Shown piece by piece: positions 49,816 through 63,500 of a stretch of 64,000 nt of DNA (its first letter is position 1; every line of letters begins with the position of its first letter). The notes beneath the pieces were generated by a model, which was not told the origin of the DNA, made no database searches, and saw nothing but the letters and a program-made list of their open reading frames with translations. The stretch comes from Octopus vulgaris (Eukaryota): contig OX597815.1 in NCBI GenBank assembly GCA_951406725.2, positions 51,398,001 to 51,462,000 on the forward strand. The letters are read 5' to 3'. A program made the position numbers and the translations under genes.

Positions 49816-52800
49816 TCATCATCATTATTTAATGTCTGTTCTCCATGCTGGCATGGGTTGGATGGTTTGACAGGAGCTGGGAAGGCCAGGAGCAGCACCC
49901 AGCTCCTGTGCCTGCTTTGCCATGGTTTCTACAGCTGGATCCCCTTCCGAATGCCAACCACTTTACAATATGTACTGGGTACTTTTTACATGGTATCACC
50001 ACCAGTGCTTTTTACATGCTAATTTCATGACTTTGCTTGTAATGGAGTTTATGAAGTTTATAATATAATAAAAACCAGGAAAGAAAATCAAAAGCCTAAG
50101 CTTGAAGCAGCCAGTTCTGTATGTGTCATTCACAAAAGTTTTTAAACAGAACATAAATGTTAGCGTTTTCTTCAAACTTTCATTTTGTAATTCAAAAAAT
50201 ATTCAGACAGTAGATATTTCTAAAGAAAACCAGGTTTAGTTTACCAACTGATGATTGGAGATGAGTAACTCTGAGTACTGGAAATCAGAGCCTTCGACTT
50301 ATAATGTATTAAAGAATATGCTACAAGTGTATTGAGTCCTGTAATTTATCACTTCTAGTGAATCAACAGAGAATTATATGTATATATATATATGTGTTCA
50401 TATTCTCATTTCCTGAGTATCAGCCTAATACAATATGTGTTTGTTTGGGTTTTTTCTTTTACCTTAGAACCCATAGACCAGAAAAAAATATGCACTCATA
50501 TGTTTGTCAATAGAGTGGGTATATTAATTGAAGTGTACAGTATTATATATCCATTACAGCCGATCTTACCAATTGGTTTCGCACTAGGGGTTCAACAGAG
50601 CATCAGGTAACAGCCCAATTATGCAAAAGAGTGCAGGGTTATGTAATTGGGCTGTTATCTAACATTCCATTGAAACTCTAGTGTGAAACGAATTAGTAAG
50701 ATCAGCTGTAATAGATATACAATACTGTACACTTCAATTTGTGTGTATTATTTTTATTTCTTATCACTTGACAGTGAAATCAAATATGACAATTGCATAT
50801 CAGTAGAATGGCCATGGGATATTACCTCAAACATACAGCAAAAGAAGTTTGATCTCATCTTTTGATGCATTCCACATCAAGAATGAAAAGAACAATATTA
50901 AAGTTTGAAAAGTATGGTTGCTACTTAGAACAAACAGAAAGGTATATTAAAGAATAAAACTAGCAATAGCAGAATACTAAATCACTAACCAAAAGAGTTG
51001 CTATTTCCAATTTTCTTGTCATTAGTCAGCAGACTGAAATGCAAAGAAAATTGGTGGATTGGCTTTTCTAAAAAAAAAAAGCGAAAATTAAATTCTACAA
51101 AAATAATTAGAAAGACCAGAAACACTTGATACAACAAGAATACCTGATTTAAAATAAACCAGTCATGAAAAAATTAAATGCATATAAACTCATGTTCACT
51201 AAATTTAACTTTAAAAATGATAATTGATATTGTTGTTGCATGGCTGCACGGTTAAGACATTTGCCTCACAGCCACATGGTTTTGAGTTCAGTCCCACTGC
51301 ACGACGCTTTGGGCAGGTGTCTTTTACTATAGTCTCAGGCCAACCAAAATCCTGTGAATGGATTTGGTAGACTGACACTGAAAGAAAATTGTCATATATA
51401 TATATATGACCTCGTTCTGGCAGAGCTAAAATCAATGAGACTCTAGCTGCAACCATTACATGTTTATGGAGGAGAGGGAGGGGGTTCCAAATCTACATTA
51501 TTCAAGGAATGCTGCCATTTTTTATTGTAATAGAGTGATATGAGGTGTATTGGTTGCTATTTTCAGCAGGTTCAGTAATCATGTAGAAGTACGTTTGTAG
51601 ACTTGTGTACTACACAAGACATGTGGCTAAATAAAAACAACACCAGGAATTAAATAAGCTCATGGGTAACCTGCCATCAAACAGAACACATAGCTCTTAT
51701 AATTTATGGAAAGGTCCACTTTTGTTCAGCTAATATTAATATCATTGGTAAATGTATGATTGTCACAGCATCTCGTTTCTTCCCTGTTATTAAACATTTG
51801 CAGTTTTATATTTATATAAAATACTATTTATGCCTTTTGCTTACAATGACTTTGTTAATTAACAAGTTCAATAATAAACCTTCTAATCTGAATATCCTAA
51901 AGATGTGGTCCCCAGCTTGTAGTCCACGGGGCCCGTAGGGTTTACAAAGGTATCACTCAGGTTCTGTGAGATGTATTCAAAAAATTTAAAAGGCTGCAAT
52001 GAAGGATGTAAGTTACTCAAGTGACATATACTTCTTCAATTCCATGTATGTATTGGGTCATCCCATAAATATAATGTAGTTTTAATACTTCTTTTATTTT
52101 TCAAAATTAAGATTAACGGAGTTTTTTTAAAATCTAAAATATACTCTCTTTCATTTCCAACAATGCTCTTCCATCTATCTGGTAGACTTGCAAGGCTCCT
52201 CTTCCAACATTCACTTGTCCATGACAAAAAAAATACTCCTCCAGTACTGTTCTGACCTTGTCTACAGAATTCATATTTTTTCTGTCCAAATGATTTTGAA
52301 GACTGTGGAATAAATGATAATCAGATGGGGAAATGTCTGGCAAATATGGTGGGTGGGGCATTGTTTTCTATTCAGACTGTTCCAGCCTTCGGAATGTCAT
52401 CCTCACTGTATGTGGCTAAGCATTATCCTGATGGAAGAACACCTTTCATCTTGAAACTGAAGGTGGTCATTTTCCTTCTAGTGTTGACTTAAGCCGCTCA
52501 AGCTACTTGCAGTACCTTTCCTTTGTTATTGTTTTGTTTGAGTTTAAAAGTTCAAAGTGGACTAAACATTTCATATTCCATCAAACAGATAACAACACCT
52601 TACGTGGGTGAATACCTTCTTTAACCTGGGATGCTGGTGTTTCTCCTTTCCCTACCTGCTGTCTTCAGCACTTGATATTTTTTACAGAGAACCCTTTTCT
52701 TGCCACCAGTCACCATACAGTCCAAAAAAAGTGCATTCATGAGACATGACAGTGAAGAAGAGTACAAATTCACTCTCTGCATGCAATTAGACTCAGAAAG

Positions 52801-52926
52801 TTTGTGAAGAACCCAATGACCCAATTTGCTGACTTTTCCGATGGCACGCAGGTATCGATGAATGGTTGAATGAACAAACCCAAGCTTCTCTGCTAGTTCC
52901 TCAACAGTTACGATGGGATTTTGTTG

Positions 52927-53062
52927 GACATGGCTGTGTGGTTAGGAAGCTTGCTTCCCAGCTACAGGGTTTCAGGTTCAGTCCCACTGCATGACACCTT
53001 CTGCAAGTGTCTTCTGCTATAGGCCTGGGCCAACTGAAGCTTTGTAACTGAATTTAGTAGGC
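52927..53062 (+). mobile_element. Family-A SINE 5' half inside the mariner
   Basis: ggctgtgtggttaggaagcttgcttccc..ggttcagtcccactgc. Confidence 0.8.
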
Positions 53063-53559
53063 AGGTGTGTGTACATGTGTGTGTAAGTGCTTGTGCCTCT
53101 CCAAGAGAGAAGATTTGCAGGGCATCCTCATTGAGCTCTACAGATCTCCTAGGACAAGGCTTGTTTTCTAGGTTGTAGTTTCCGGCTCAGAATTTCTGGA
53201 ACCACCATTGACACTGGCTTATGCTTATTGTCTGATCTCCATATACTGCATTAATATTCCTCGTACCTTCCTTTGCATTGTTGCTTTATTGAACTCATAT
53301 GCTGAATATGAAATAACTGTTAAAATCGAACTGCACTCTTCAAAACTTACACTAAGAATAAGTGGATTTTTTATTGCCCACAAGGGGCTGACATAGAGGG
53401 GACAAACATACATGTGGGGACAATTAACACATGAAAAATGAATAAAATGAAATTTTACAATGAAGGTGAAACAGCCACCCCAGCCCCACTCCAGGATGAT
53501 TACATGATTTCAGTTATTTCAAACAAAGAGTCTTTAACAGTTCTTAAAAAATAATCTCA

Positions 53560-54920
53560 ACTTACCTCTTTATGTCACTTTTAATGTCATCATAATTCAC
53601 CACTGGGGCGCTGGGTTCGATACTCACCTCAGTCCCCAGAGGATTTACATCTGAAGGAAAAGAGTTCTATATTTTCTTTCCTCCATTAGAATACATCTCA
53701 TATCCTTATCATATCCCTCTGAAAGATTCACCCATACTCCAGTTTTTGGGTCATATGATATGCCACTAAAAAAATTTTGTTTCTGTGTATGTTTTGTGTG
53801 TCTGCATGTTGTGTCTGTGCTTTTATGTTTCTGTAACTCTGTGTTATCCTGTGCCTGTCTGTCTATATTTCTATGTTAGTATGTCTGTGTGTTTATGTGT
53901 CTGTGTCTGTATGCTTATGTGATTCTAAGTCTGTATGTTTGCTTGGTGTTGCTGTTCTGCTTGTGGCATTTTTCTTCGATGATCCCAAGGGCATAATGCT
54001 TCTACTTGTCATTGTTTGTTGGTCCACTTCCTCCTGTACTTTATGTTTCTTCTGTTGTTGCTCCGTTTTAGGTGGTGAACTCCTCCTCTCTCTCTTCCTA
54101 GGTACCCCTTCTCTCCACACTTATGACACGTCAGAGGCCTCCCCTTTAACATTACATTTAGTTTGTCTTCATTGGGCAGCTCCAATGTTTCTGGTATCGC
54201 TTTGTACTCTTTCTGATTCACCATAAAAATTATCTCTATCCCGTACCCCCAGCAATTTATTTATTGGGTCCGGTTTATCAGAATTACTTTCACCTCCTCA
54301 TTGTCTCCTTCTTCTCATACAATGAAAATTGCAGCTATTATCCATTCTGGATTCATTCTAGGTGGTATGCTGCCCACCGTAATTCTGGTAACTCATTTAC
54401 CCAGGTAAGTGGGCAGGAGTGTCCATTTTACCCCATGTAGTATCTTATTGGAGTGTCTTTTCGCCTTCTCTTCTGAGACAAAGGTAACCGCCACTGAAGC
54501 GTATCTTTTTCCTCTGGTATAAAACATTATGCTTTCCCTTAATTTTTCCAGACACTTGTCCACCTCCTTCTGCATTGCATTCTCGAGCCTCTTACTTTTA
54601 TTTTGAAAATGTTCTGTAAACTATCACTTTGCTTTCTATCTTAATGTTGTCTTCCTCTGGTGGGGTCAACTTTGTGTTCGACCCCTTCCTCTTTACAATA
54701 TGTTGATATTCCTGGAGCAGGTCTAAATTACAATGCAGTTCATTCTGTTCCAGCATACCCGGGTCGACAGAACCCTGAGTTCCCATTGCTGCTGCATGGC
54801 TCTTCATTTCGCTAATCCAGCAAAGGCCACCAAATAATGATGGTGCCACACAAAAAAAAACTGCTGCAAAGCAGCACAGCACAATCCTCAGCAGAAAATA
54901 ATCCTCACAAAACAAACTTG
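53560..54920 (-). pseudogene. L1/Tx1-like ORF1 (gag-like, RRM plus zinc knuckle) relic
   Basis: Frameshifted MKSHAAAMG..., RGKRYASVAVTFVSEEKAK.., RITVGSIPPRMNPEWI.., IPETLELPNEDKLNVMLKGRPLTCHKCGEKGYL (CX2CX4H-like); no ORF2 seen. Confidence 0.7.
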
Positions 54921-55253
54921 AGCTAAGAATAAGTACAAGATAAAATTACTACCTGCTTTTATAGTAAGTTGATGCAGGTAGTTTATCCCTTCCCCCTCCA
55001 ACTTTCAGTTCATGCAATTGAAAAAACTGCATTTATTTATGGGATGATCCAATACTTCAAGTGAGAGATGAGAAAATGAGTTTATTGATAAGTAATAAAA
55101 TCAGTATATTAATAAATAAACCTTCCAAAAGCCTGGGGTGAATGGGGGAAATTCATTTAAATAAAAGAGGATCTTGTTAATGAACAGGCTTAAAGATTAC
55201 TTTTATTCACAGCCAGGAATCAGAATATTCTAAGAAGCTTGGTGGTTATGATT

Positions 55254-56000
55254 TTAACCCTTTAGCATTTAAACTCGTGTTTTATGTTCAAACAGGCCAG
55301 ATCTGGCTTCTCACATCTACCTTAGAATATCATTCCAAAAATAAGCAATCAGGCACAGGTGTGACTGTGTGATAAGAAGTTTGCTTCCAAAACCACATGG
55401 TTCCAGGTTCAGTCCTATTGTGTGGCACCTTGGACAAGCATTTTCTACTATAAACTCAGGCCAACTAAAGCCTTTCGAGTGGACTTGGTAGATCGAAACT
55501 GGAAGAAGCCCATCATGTATATATATATATATATATACATGATCATCATCATCATTTAACATCTGTTTTCCATGCAGGCATGGGTTGGATGGTTTGACAG
55601 GGGCTGGTTAGACAGAAGACTGCACCAGGCAGAATTTTTACAGCTGGATGCCCTTCCTCACAACCATGTGTCTTTGTGTTTTTCCCTCACCATTTGACAA
55701 CCAGTGTTGGTATGTTTATGCACTTGCAGCTTGGTAGTTCAGTAATAGAGACCGATAGAATAAGTAGCAGGCTTAAAAAAAAAACTGTAATGAATACTGA
55801 AGTTGATTCATTTGACTAAAATTCTTCAAGGCAGTGCCCCAGCATGGCCACCGTCTAATGACTGGAACAAGTAAGACGTAGGATAAAGAGAATCACATCA
55901 TCGAAATCTCAAAGCTACGAGATAATGCATGATTAATTTAAAACAATGTGAATAAATAACCATTACATTTGATATAGTAATCTGAATGCTAAAGGGTTAC
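55254..56000. mobile_element. piggyBac-like MITE split by a family-A SINE (55352-55890), which itself contains an RTE-tail insert (about 55540-55660)
   Basis: TTAACCCTTTAGCATTT...GAATGCTAAAGGGTTAC; TSD AATCA at 55347-55351 and 55891-55895. Confidence 0.85.
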
Positions 56001-59000
56001 TATATTACACTACTGATCACACAGTTATCAAATTCAAAACTAGCTATTGTTATTGTTTTTCTAATCAAGGTTAATTAAGATATAATTCAGATGAATGATG
56101 CTTGCTACATAGAGCAAACTCTATTTATTTTGCTTGTGTTAGTGTCTTGCCATTTTTTGCAAGAAAATCTTCAAATCAATTACAGTCACTGACAAAACAC
56201 CTACATCTTAGTTGGAGTTTGCAAGAAATAGCTGCCAAATCCCCCTCATTCCACAATCTATCATCTTAAAGAGAGAAAGGATACTTTGGATAACATCCCT
56301 CAAAAGATGGAATGATAGAAGCTGGAATGTCATAAACCATAAGTCTGCTTTACACAGCAGCAACTCTAGTTCTTAATGTTGTTGCCAGACCTAATCAAAT
56401 AGACTTATGACCAGGCCCCTGAATCAAGGCACAGTAATCTGTTTAACTCAGCTAACTCATATGACAAAATATTTTCCAGTTTCTACTTTACATTCACCTA
56501 TAAAATTTAGTTTGTACCAACTTATATACACATGTGTTTTTCTTTTAATAGTACAAAACAATAAATAAGAAAAGAAATTCCAGAAATATTATTTTCAATA
56601 ATAGAAACCTAAAGCTTGTTTTGAATAGCTACCATCTCTATAACAGCATGTTCTACTTGCATATTAAACTGGTCAAATCTAGACACTTCCTTCCTCAAAA
56701 ATGACAATTCTAGTCTTTATTATATCACCTATATTTATTTTGCCAAAATTCTTTCTAATTTTCTTAAATCTAAATATCACCTTTATTAAATACCTTCTAC
56801 TAAATAGCTACTTAGAATTTAGCAAACAACATTCACATTAATTGTGTGTGTGTGTGTGTGTGTACGCGCACGTGTGTGTGTACGCGCACGTGTGTGTGTG
56901 TGTGTGTGTGTACACATGTTGATATGTAAGCTTTTCTACCAGATAATCTTTTTTTTCTTTTTTTCTGTACATGAATATTACTTCTCTTCTCTTGTCTTGT
57001 CTTATATACACAATCAATGTGCGTAGATCTTTTCTCTCTTTATTTCTAGTATTTCTTTTCTATCCCTCTGCCTTACATCCCCAGACTTATTGATCTGTTC
57101 ATTACTGTATCAGTTTCTCTCTATTTATCTCACTGGGTATCTTTCTGTCCTTCTGTTTATATAACGATATTCCACCTGTTTTCTATAATATATTTCACTC
57201 ACTCTTTCTCTCTCTCATATCTGTTTAGGTATCCTATATCTATGTCTGCCCTTTAGCTGTATATTAGTTTCTTAATCTACCTATCAGTCTGCCATACACC
57301 TAATACTTTTTGTCCCTATTTCTATGCCCATTTCTTCAACATTTATATATATTTTAAAGAAAATGTGCCTCAATGTCCAATAAATAGAAAATTACATATT
57401 TTTAAGTATGATTACAATTTGGCCAAATGAAAAAAACTAGTTTTTCAAGAGTTTATAGTTTACAGTTTTCCCTCTGATGAAACATTATGGGGAAAAAGCT
57501 GATCTCATCTCCAAACAAAGTAAATCTTTGCATTTTGAACACATAAAACAAATATCTATCTATCTACTCACACACACATACACCCCCCCACACACACACA
57601 CACACACATATAAAGTCATAAATGACAGAGAAATAATTTGATGAAATTTTATTTAACAAAAAGAAAATTTTAATATCACAACAAATTGTTTTGTAACTTA
57701 AAAAATGTAAATAATTTATATTATTACATTTAATAATAAATAAGCTACTTACATGCTGGCATTAATGCAAAATGCAAAAAGATCCTTCGAGCTAATGCAG
57801 AACTTAAGCCACATCCTTAGGTAAAAGAAAGTCTTTGTTAAATTTGTCATGATAGAATTTTCTTATTGTAAGATAAAATTTTAACAAATTGTTTCTCTGT
57901 GATTCATGACTTTATACACTCCTTATCATTTTCTCTTGTATCATACCATATATTCTATATGTTTTGTAGAATGATACATTAAAGAGTGTTTTTATGAGTA
58001 CTACCGGATTACTTGAATCCATATATTGTGACTTTAAGTATTCATGTATATGTGCATGTGTGTGTGTGTGTGTATTATGTATGTGAGAAATTGTGCTAAA
58101 CACAAATTTATATTATTTGCTCCCAACATATGTTTCATCATTGTGGTTATTTGCAGTTCTTCATTGGATGTTCCATGTGCAATGGATGCAGAACCACAAC
58201 TGATCATCAGGGTAATTATTGCATTGCACTGTTACTGTCTCCACATTTCTCTCCCATCCCAGGTGTTCGATCTGAACTCACTACCCAAGTTTTCAATCTG
58301 AAGACTTGGGTAGTAAGAGACATCTAATTAGAGTGGATTTATTAACCTGGCCACCAAATATCAAAATGAAGATAATCAGTAAGGTACTTTTACAGAGACA
58401 GAGTAATCAACAATGTGCCATGACAGTTAATCAATGAAGATAATCAAAGAGATTAGATATTTAAGATAATTGGCAAGTCAACATGGCAGTCACGATAATT
58501 ACTGAGGTACAATGAATATTAAGCTAACAGTTAAAGTACCATAACGGTAAACAATGCCTAGAGAGTGAATGATATCACTTAGATATCAGGCTCTGATGGG
58601 GGTACCCACCATTTAATGTTAATGGAAACAGGAGTGGGGTGTAACAACAACAACAACAAGCAAACAAATAAGCAAACAAACAACAAACAACTAACTATTA
58701 AAATACAATTACGTCAAAGATAACCAATGAAATACTTTGACACTGGAGATAATTTCTGAAATATTTGACAAATAGAGGCAAAAAGAATCAGTGAACAAAA
58801 ATATCACTTCAAAAAGATAATAATCTTTTAAACTGCTGTTGCCATCGATTTGTTCAGTTCTTGATTTTTAAATCTACCAGCCTTTTTCTGAATCGATTAG
58901 ATTCAGTAAATAGGTTTTTGATAAAATTAACATCTGCCAGTCATCGCTTGTAAGAGACATTTAATGAGAGTGGGTTATTGCGACATCAATGAAAAAAAAG

Positions 59001-60114
59001 GGGGGGGTAAAGAAAGAGAGAAAGAAAGCAGGAATGCATCAAAGGAAAGGAAGGGAGGAAGAAAGGAAGAGAGAAAGAAAGAAAAAGTGAGAGAGAACTT
59101 AGGATTAATTGCGCTGAAGACCAACATAGTCAATAGCAACAACTTTTAAGATCTCAACCAAGAAATAGAAAATATTAAAAATCAATAGAAGAAATAAAAA
59201 ATTTTAAAAAATTCAAAACAAAAGGAAAAAATAATTTTTTTTTAAATAAAAAGGAACAAATGTATAAAAGAAAAGTCACAGAGAGTTACAAGTGAGGAGA
59301 TGTGGAGGAGACAAAAGAAATCTGACAGCATTTTTGTTTGTTTCTACATTCACTGCTGACAGAAAAATATACAAACACCAAAATTAACCAATCATACTGA
59401 AAGTGGTTGTTGCTACTTGATCAGACAATATTCTTCCTTGACACACAGGTTCTGACACCAAATCAGTTATAATAAACTAAGTCCTCAAATTGTTACTATA
59501 AAAACAAGCAAAGCAATAAATTTAATAATAATAATGACGATAATAACAACAACAATGATGATGATAATGATAATAATGATTTTTTTTTTTTTTTCAATCA
59601 AAAGTTAAAACTTTTTGGAGCTGTGTAAAACAGAAAATGCTTTAATGTCTCAGTTTTTGTCATTTATTTATGTGATTTCTTCTTTACAGTTTGACTGCTT
59701 CTTGTTTGATTTTTCATTAAAACACAATTTGCTAAAGTAGTTGGATGATTAAAGAAAGCGGTTTTTATTTATTCTTTAATTTACTTTTTTTGTTTTTTAT
59801 CTTTTCTTAAATGAGATAAAATGGCAAGAGTTAAAAGTGTTTGTTTACCAGCTTTGCTGTGAATGTAAAAACAGAATCAGTTTAATTTGTAGTGTTTGGG
59901 TTTAAACTGGCTTAAGAATTAGTAAAATAGTAATCAATCACCGAAACATAATAGAAACTACCATCTTGAAATAAAGCAGTAAACCTAAATCACTTATTAT
60001 AGAATGCCTCTTAGATTTCTTTGTCAGGGCCCATGCTGTTTGTTATAAGCATTTGTATGAGACACTCACTTATGAAGACAGACCGGGAGCTTTACACATT
60101 TTTAGCTTCGTTTT

Positions 60115-60510
60115 TCTTTTTCTTTTATTTGTTTCAGTCATTTGACTCTGGTCATGCAGGAGCATGCCCTTAAAGAGTTTTAGTTGAAGAAATTGACCCC
60201 AGCACTTATTCTTTGTAAGCCTAGTACTTATTCTATTGGTCTCTTTTGCTGAACTGCTAAGTTATGGGGACATAAACACACCAGCATAAGTTGTCAAGCG
60301 ATGGCACAAGGACAAATATATACACACACACATACATATATACACGCATACATACATACACAATGGGCTTCTTTCAGTTTCTGTCTAACAAATCCACTCA
60401 CAAGGCTTTGGTCAACAAGACACTTGCCCAAAATGCCACACAGTGGGACTGAACCCAGAACCATGTGGATAGGAAGCAAGCTTCTTACCACACAGCCACA
60501 CCTTCTGCAC
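60115..60510 (-). mobile_element. Family-A SINE, near full length
   Basis: Closely matches 2433-2828. Confidence 0.88.
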
Positions 60511-60516
60511 TTAAAC

Positions 60517-60970
60517 ATTGGTTTCAAATTTTGGCACAAGGCCAGCAACTTCAGAGGAGTGGGTACATCGATTACATTCACCTCAGTAACCAACAAGTAC
60601 TTACTCTATCAACCCCTGAAAGGATGAAAGGCAAAGTTGACCTCAGCAGAATTTGAACTCAGAACATACAGACAGACAAAATGCTGCTAAGCATTTCACC
60701 CAGTGTGCTAATGAATCTACCATCTTGCCACCTCACTGCGTTTAAATACTGGTTTCGAATTTTGGCACAAGGCCAGAAATTTCAAGGGAGAGATTAAGTT
60801 GATTACATCAACCCCAGTGTTCAATTGGTATCTATTTTATTGACCCCAAAAGGATGAGAGGAAAGTTGATGCTGGCAGAATTTGAACACAGAACAGAACA
60901 TAAAGACAGACGAAATGCTGCTAAGCATTTTACCTGGTGTGCTAGCAATTCTGCCAACTCACTGACTTAA
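60517..60970 (-). mobile_element. Two tandem family-B SINE copies
   Basis: Two units, each beginning tggtttc(a/g)aattttggcacaaggccag on the + strand. Confidence 0.85.
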
Positions 60971-63089
60971 ATAATAAAAATAATAATAATCATCATCACA
61001 TAATGTCCATTCTCTATGTTGGCATGAGTTGGACGGTCTGACAACAGCTGGCCAGCTGAAGAGCTGCCCCAGCTCCATTTTGTCTGTTTTGGCATGATTT
61101 CTACAGCTTCCTAATGTGAACAACTTTACAGAGTGTACTAGATGCTTTTAATGTAAGTTATTTTACTAAATTCTTCATTATTTTTAAAATTACTTGAAAC
61201 AAAGTCAGTGTATTTCAACAGAGATATTAAAGGAGCTTTGAGTCTGGTCCTGCTAAGATTATCAAAAAAGTCACCTCTTCTCTTAGCACACAAAATAATC
61301 ATATTTTTAAAATGAATTTTTTTAATTGCTTTCTTTTTTTCAAATTCAGACCACAACTGGTTACCTTGGACCTTGGTTTTATTCTTTTGAAGCAATAATG
61401 GTGGTTGTTTCAAATCTACATATAGATTACCAACCAAGAAAAGTAAAATAAAAGAGGTCAGTAGAGTATTTGCAAAGTATTCCGTGTAGGAGGTTGAAGG
61501 GTTAAAATCAAATATGATTATCAGCAATAATACACAAACATAGCACTTCTTTTGAACAGCCTTGGTGTTGAAATGGCAAAGCTGTTGTAATCAATGCAGA
61601 AAACAATTGTTGTTTACTTTCTGTTGAATTAATCTTGTTGCAACAAGTGAAGATAGTTACTGTGAGAAAGGGCAAAATATCTAAGGAAAATAAAAAGATA
61701 ATTGCTGTTGTATGATATAATTAGATAGAAAGGGTAGGGTTGGCCCATCTTCAACAGACAGACACACATTGGAGGTTCTTTAATCTTCTAAGCAACAAAC
61801 TGTATGGTGTCTTTAATTGTAGGAGTTTAACTATTTCACTAACTAATCACCAATTGTCAAAATGTGGAAGTGAGAGAGAGACAGATGGAGTGTATGTGTG
61901 TGTATGCAAAACAGAGGGGGTGCATGTGAGAGAAAGAGAGAGTGCATATGTCTGTATGTGTGTGAGAAAGAGAGACAGGCAGGCAGGTAGAGAGAATGAA
62001 GAATATCAAAGCTAAAATAAAATTAAAACAATGTGAAAAATAATAATTTCAACAAATGAGAGGGTAAAGGTGTGAAGACAAAAGATGGAGGTAAAAGAAA
62101 ATTAGAAAGAGAGAAAAAGAAAGAGAGAGAGAACAAAATAGATAAAGATTCTGAGGAAGTAAAGAAAGAAAGGAAACAAAAAAAATTAGAAAATAGATAC
62201 TTTGTAAATTGTCTTAAAAAGGTGGGAAAAAATATAGTATTGACTGAAAAAGATTAAAGACTCTACACTGAAAGAAAGTTTCAACTAACAAAGTATAATT
62301 TTACTGATAAAACCAATGCCCAATAAAGATACTGTGATTTAGAAACCACACACTAAATTCTCCACCTTCATTCATTAGTGTATCAAAGCTTAATTATTAC
62401 CTGAAGAAAATGTAATACTTTTCTTTTTTATAAGATTACATTAAAGTAACATTCAATTTATGATACCAAAAAAATATATCTAACAAGAAAATATTAAATG
62501 GAAATACATTTTATAGAGTCAATTATATGAACGTCTTCTTGACCAATTTGAACAACAAAATTTCAGTTAAGCAGTCAATACAGTCAACACACTAGAATCT
62601 CTTTACTTAATAACTATATAGTTTTGAATGTAGTTATAAATAATATCATGTCAGATATTTTTTATAGTTTACCATACCTTTCTAGATCACCTTTACTGTA
62701 TTCAAAGAATGCTTCACCAAATAGTTGATATTTCTTTATTTAAACTCAATATAGACACATAAACAAATAAATGAGAATGCATGAAGTCTATGAAAATTGA
62801 TTTTTGGTTAAATATTTGAAGAAGCAAAAGGAATTATATTCTGTATATCCTAACAAATTCTCTTCTTAATAGTAAAGTAAATGTATATACTTAATGGTGA
62901 AGAATTATATTGGCAGAGTTCTATTGACTTTTGCACAGAGAGTAGCTATGTTTTATAATTGGAGAAGCAAAACAACTACATGATGATATTAGCTAATGAG
63001 TTCCAGCTTGGACTTCACACAGGTTAATAAAATTTAATATATTACTGCATTTTTGTTTTAAGTTTGGTTTGAAAGAAAGGGTTGTGCAG

Positions 63090-63500
63090 ATCACATCAAG
63101 ATCAGTGAAATTGATGCTGTTAATGTCCTGCTTAAGCTGTTGCAAGTTGATGATGACAGCAGGAAAGACATCTGCAGAGAGGGAATTCCAGAGAGACAAT
63201 TTTCTGAGAAGAAAGGGTGAGCATAGAGTTAGTATGGGGCTTGTGGAAGTTGAATGTAATATGGGTGATAAGAGGAAGAAAGATGAGTTGAGAGTGGCCA
63301 AGTGGAAATGACAATCAGCTCCTAGAAGCAAAGGTTTTTGAAGTAGCAATAGAAATCACACAGAGGTGGGGGGGGGAGAAGCGAGGAGACAAACATCTTT
63401 GGGCCAGAGGGTGGAATGCGTTCAGGAATGACTTCATGCAAATCAGTCAAAATAATATTTCCCTCAATGAAATCTAAGATATCCATATATATGAAAGCAG
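63090..63500 (-). pseudogene. CR1/L2/Jockey-group LINE 3' end
   Basis: SLWNSLSADVFPAVIINLQQLKQDIN matches the WN.LP..VFP...NL..FK..IN C-terminal motif. Confidence 0.65.

Larger units (their letters stand above)
52053..55052 (-). mobile_element. mariner (DD34D-like) element with both TIRs, interrupted by nested inserts
   Basis: TA-TTGGGTCATCCCATAAAT...ATTTATGGGATGATCCAA-TA; transposase remnants WVLHKLS (WVPHEL-like), MVTGGKK and HPPYLPDISPSDYHLF (YSPDLAPSDY-like) at 52130-52925. Confidence 0.88.

Noticed and set aside
61138-61527. 129-aa minus-strand ORF
   Set aside because: Non-ATG start, AT-rich composition, no recognisable domain, and it ends in an RTE tail fragment.
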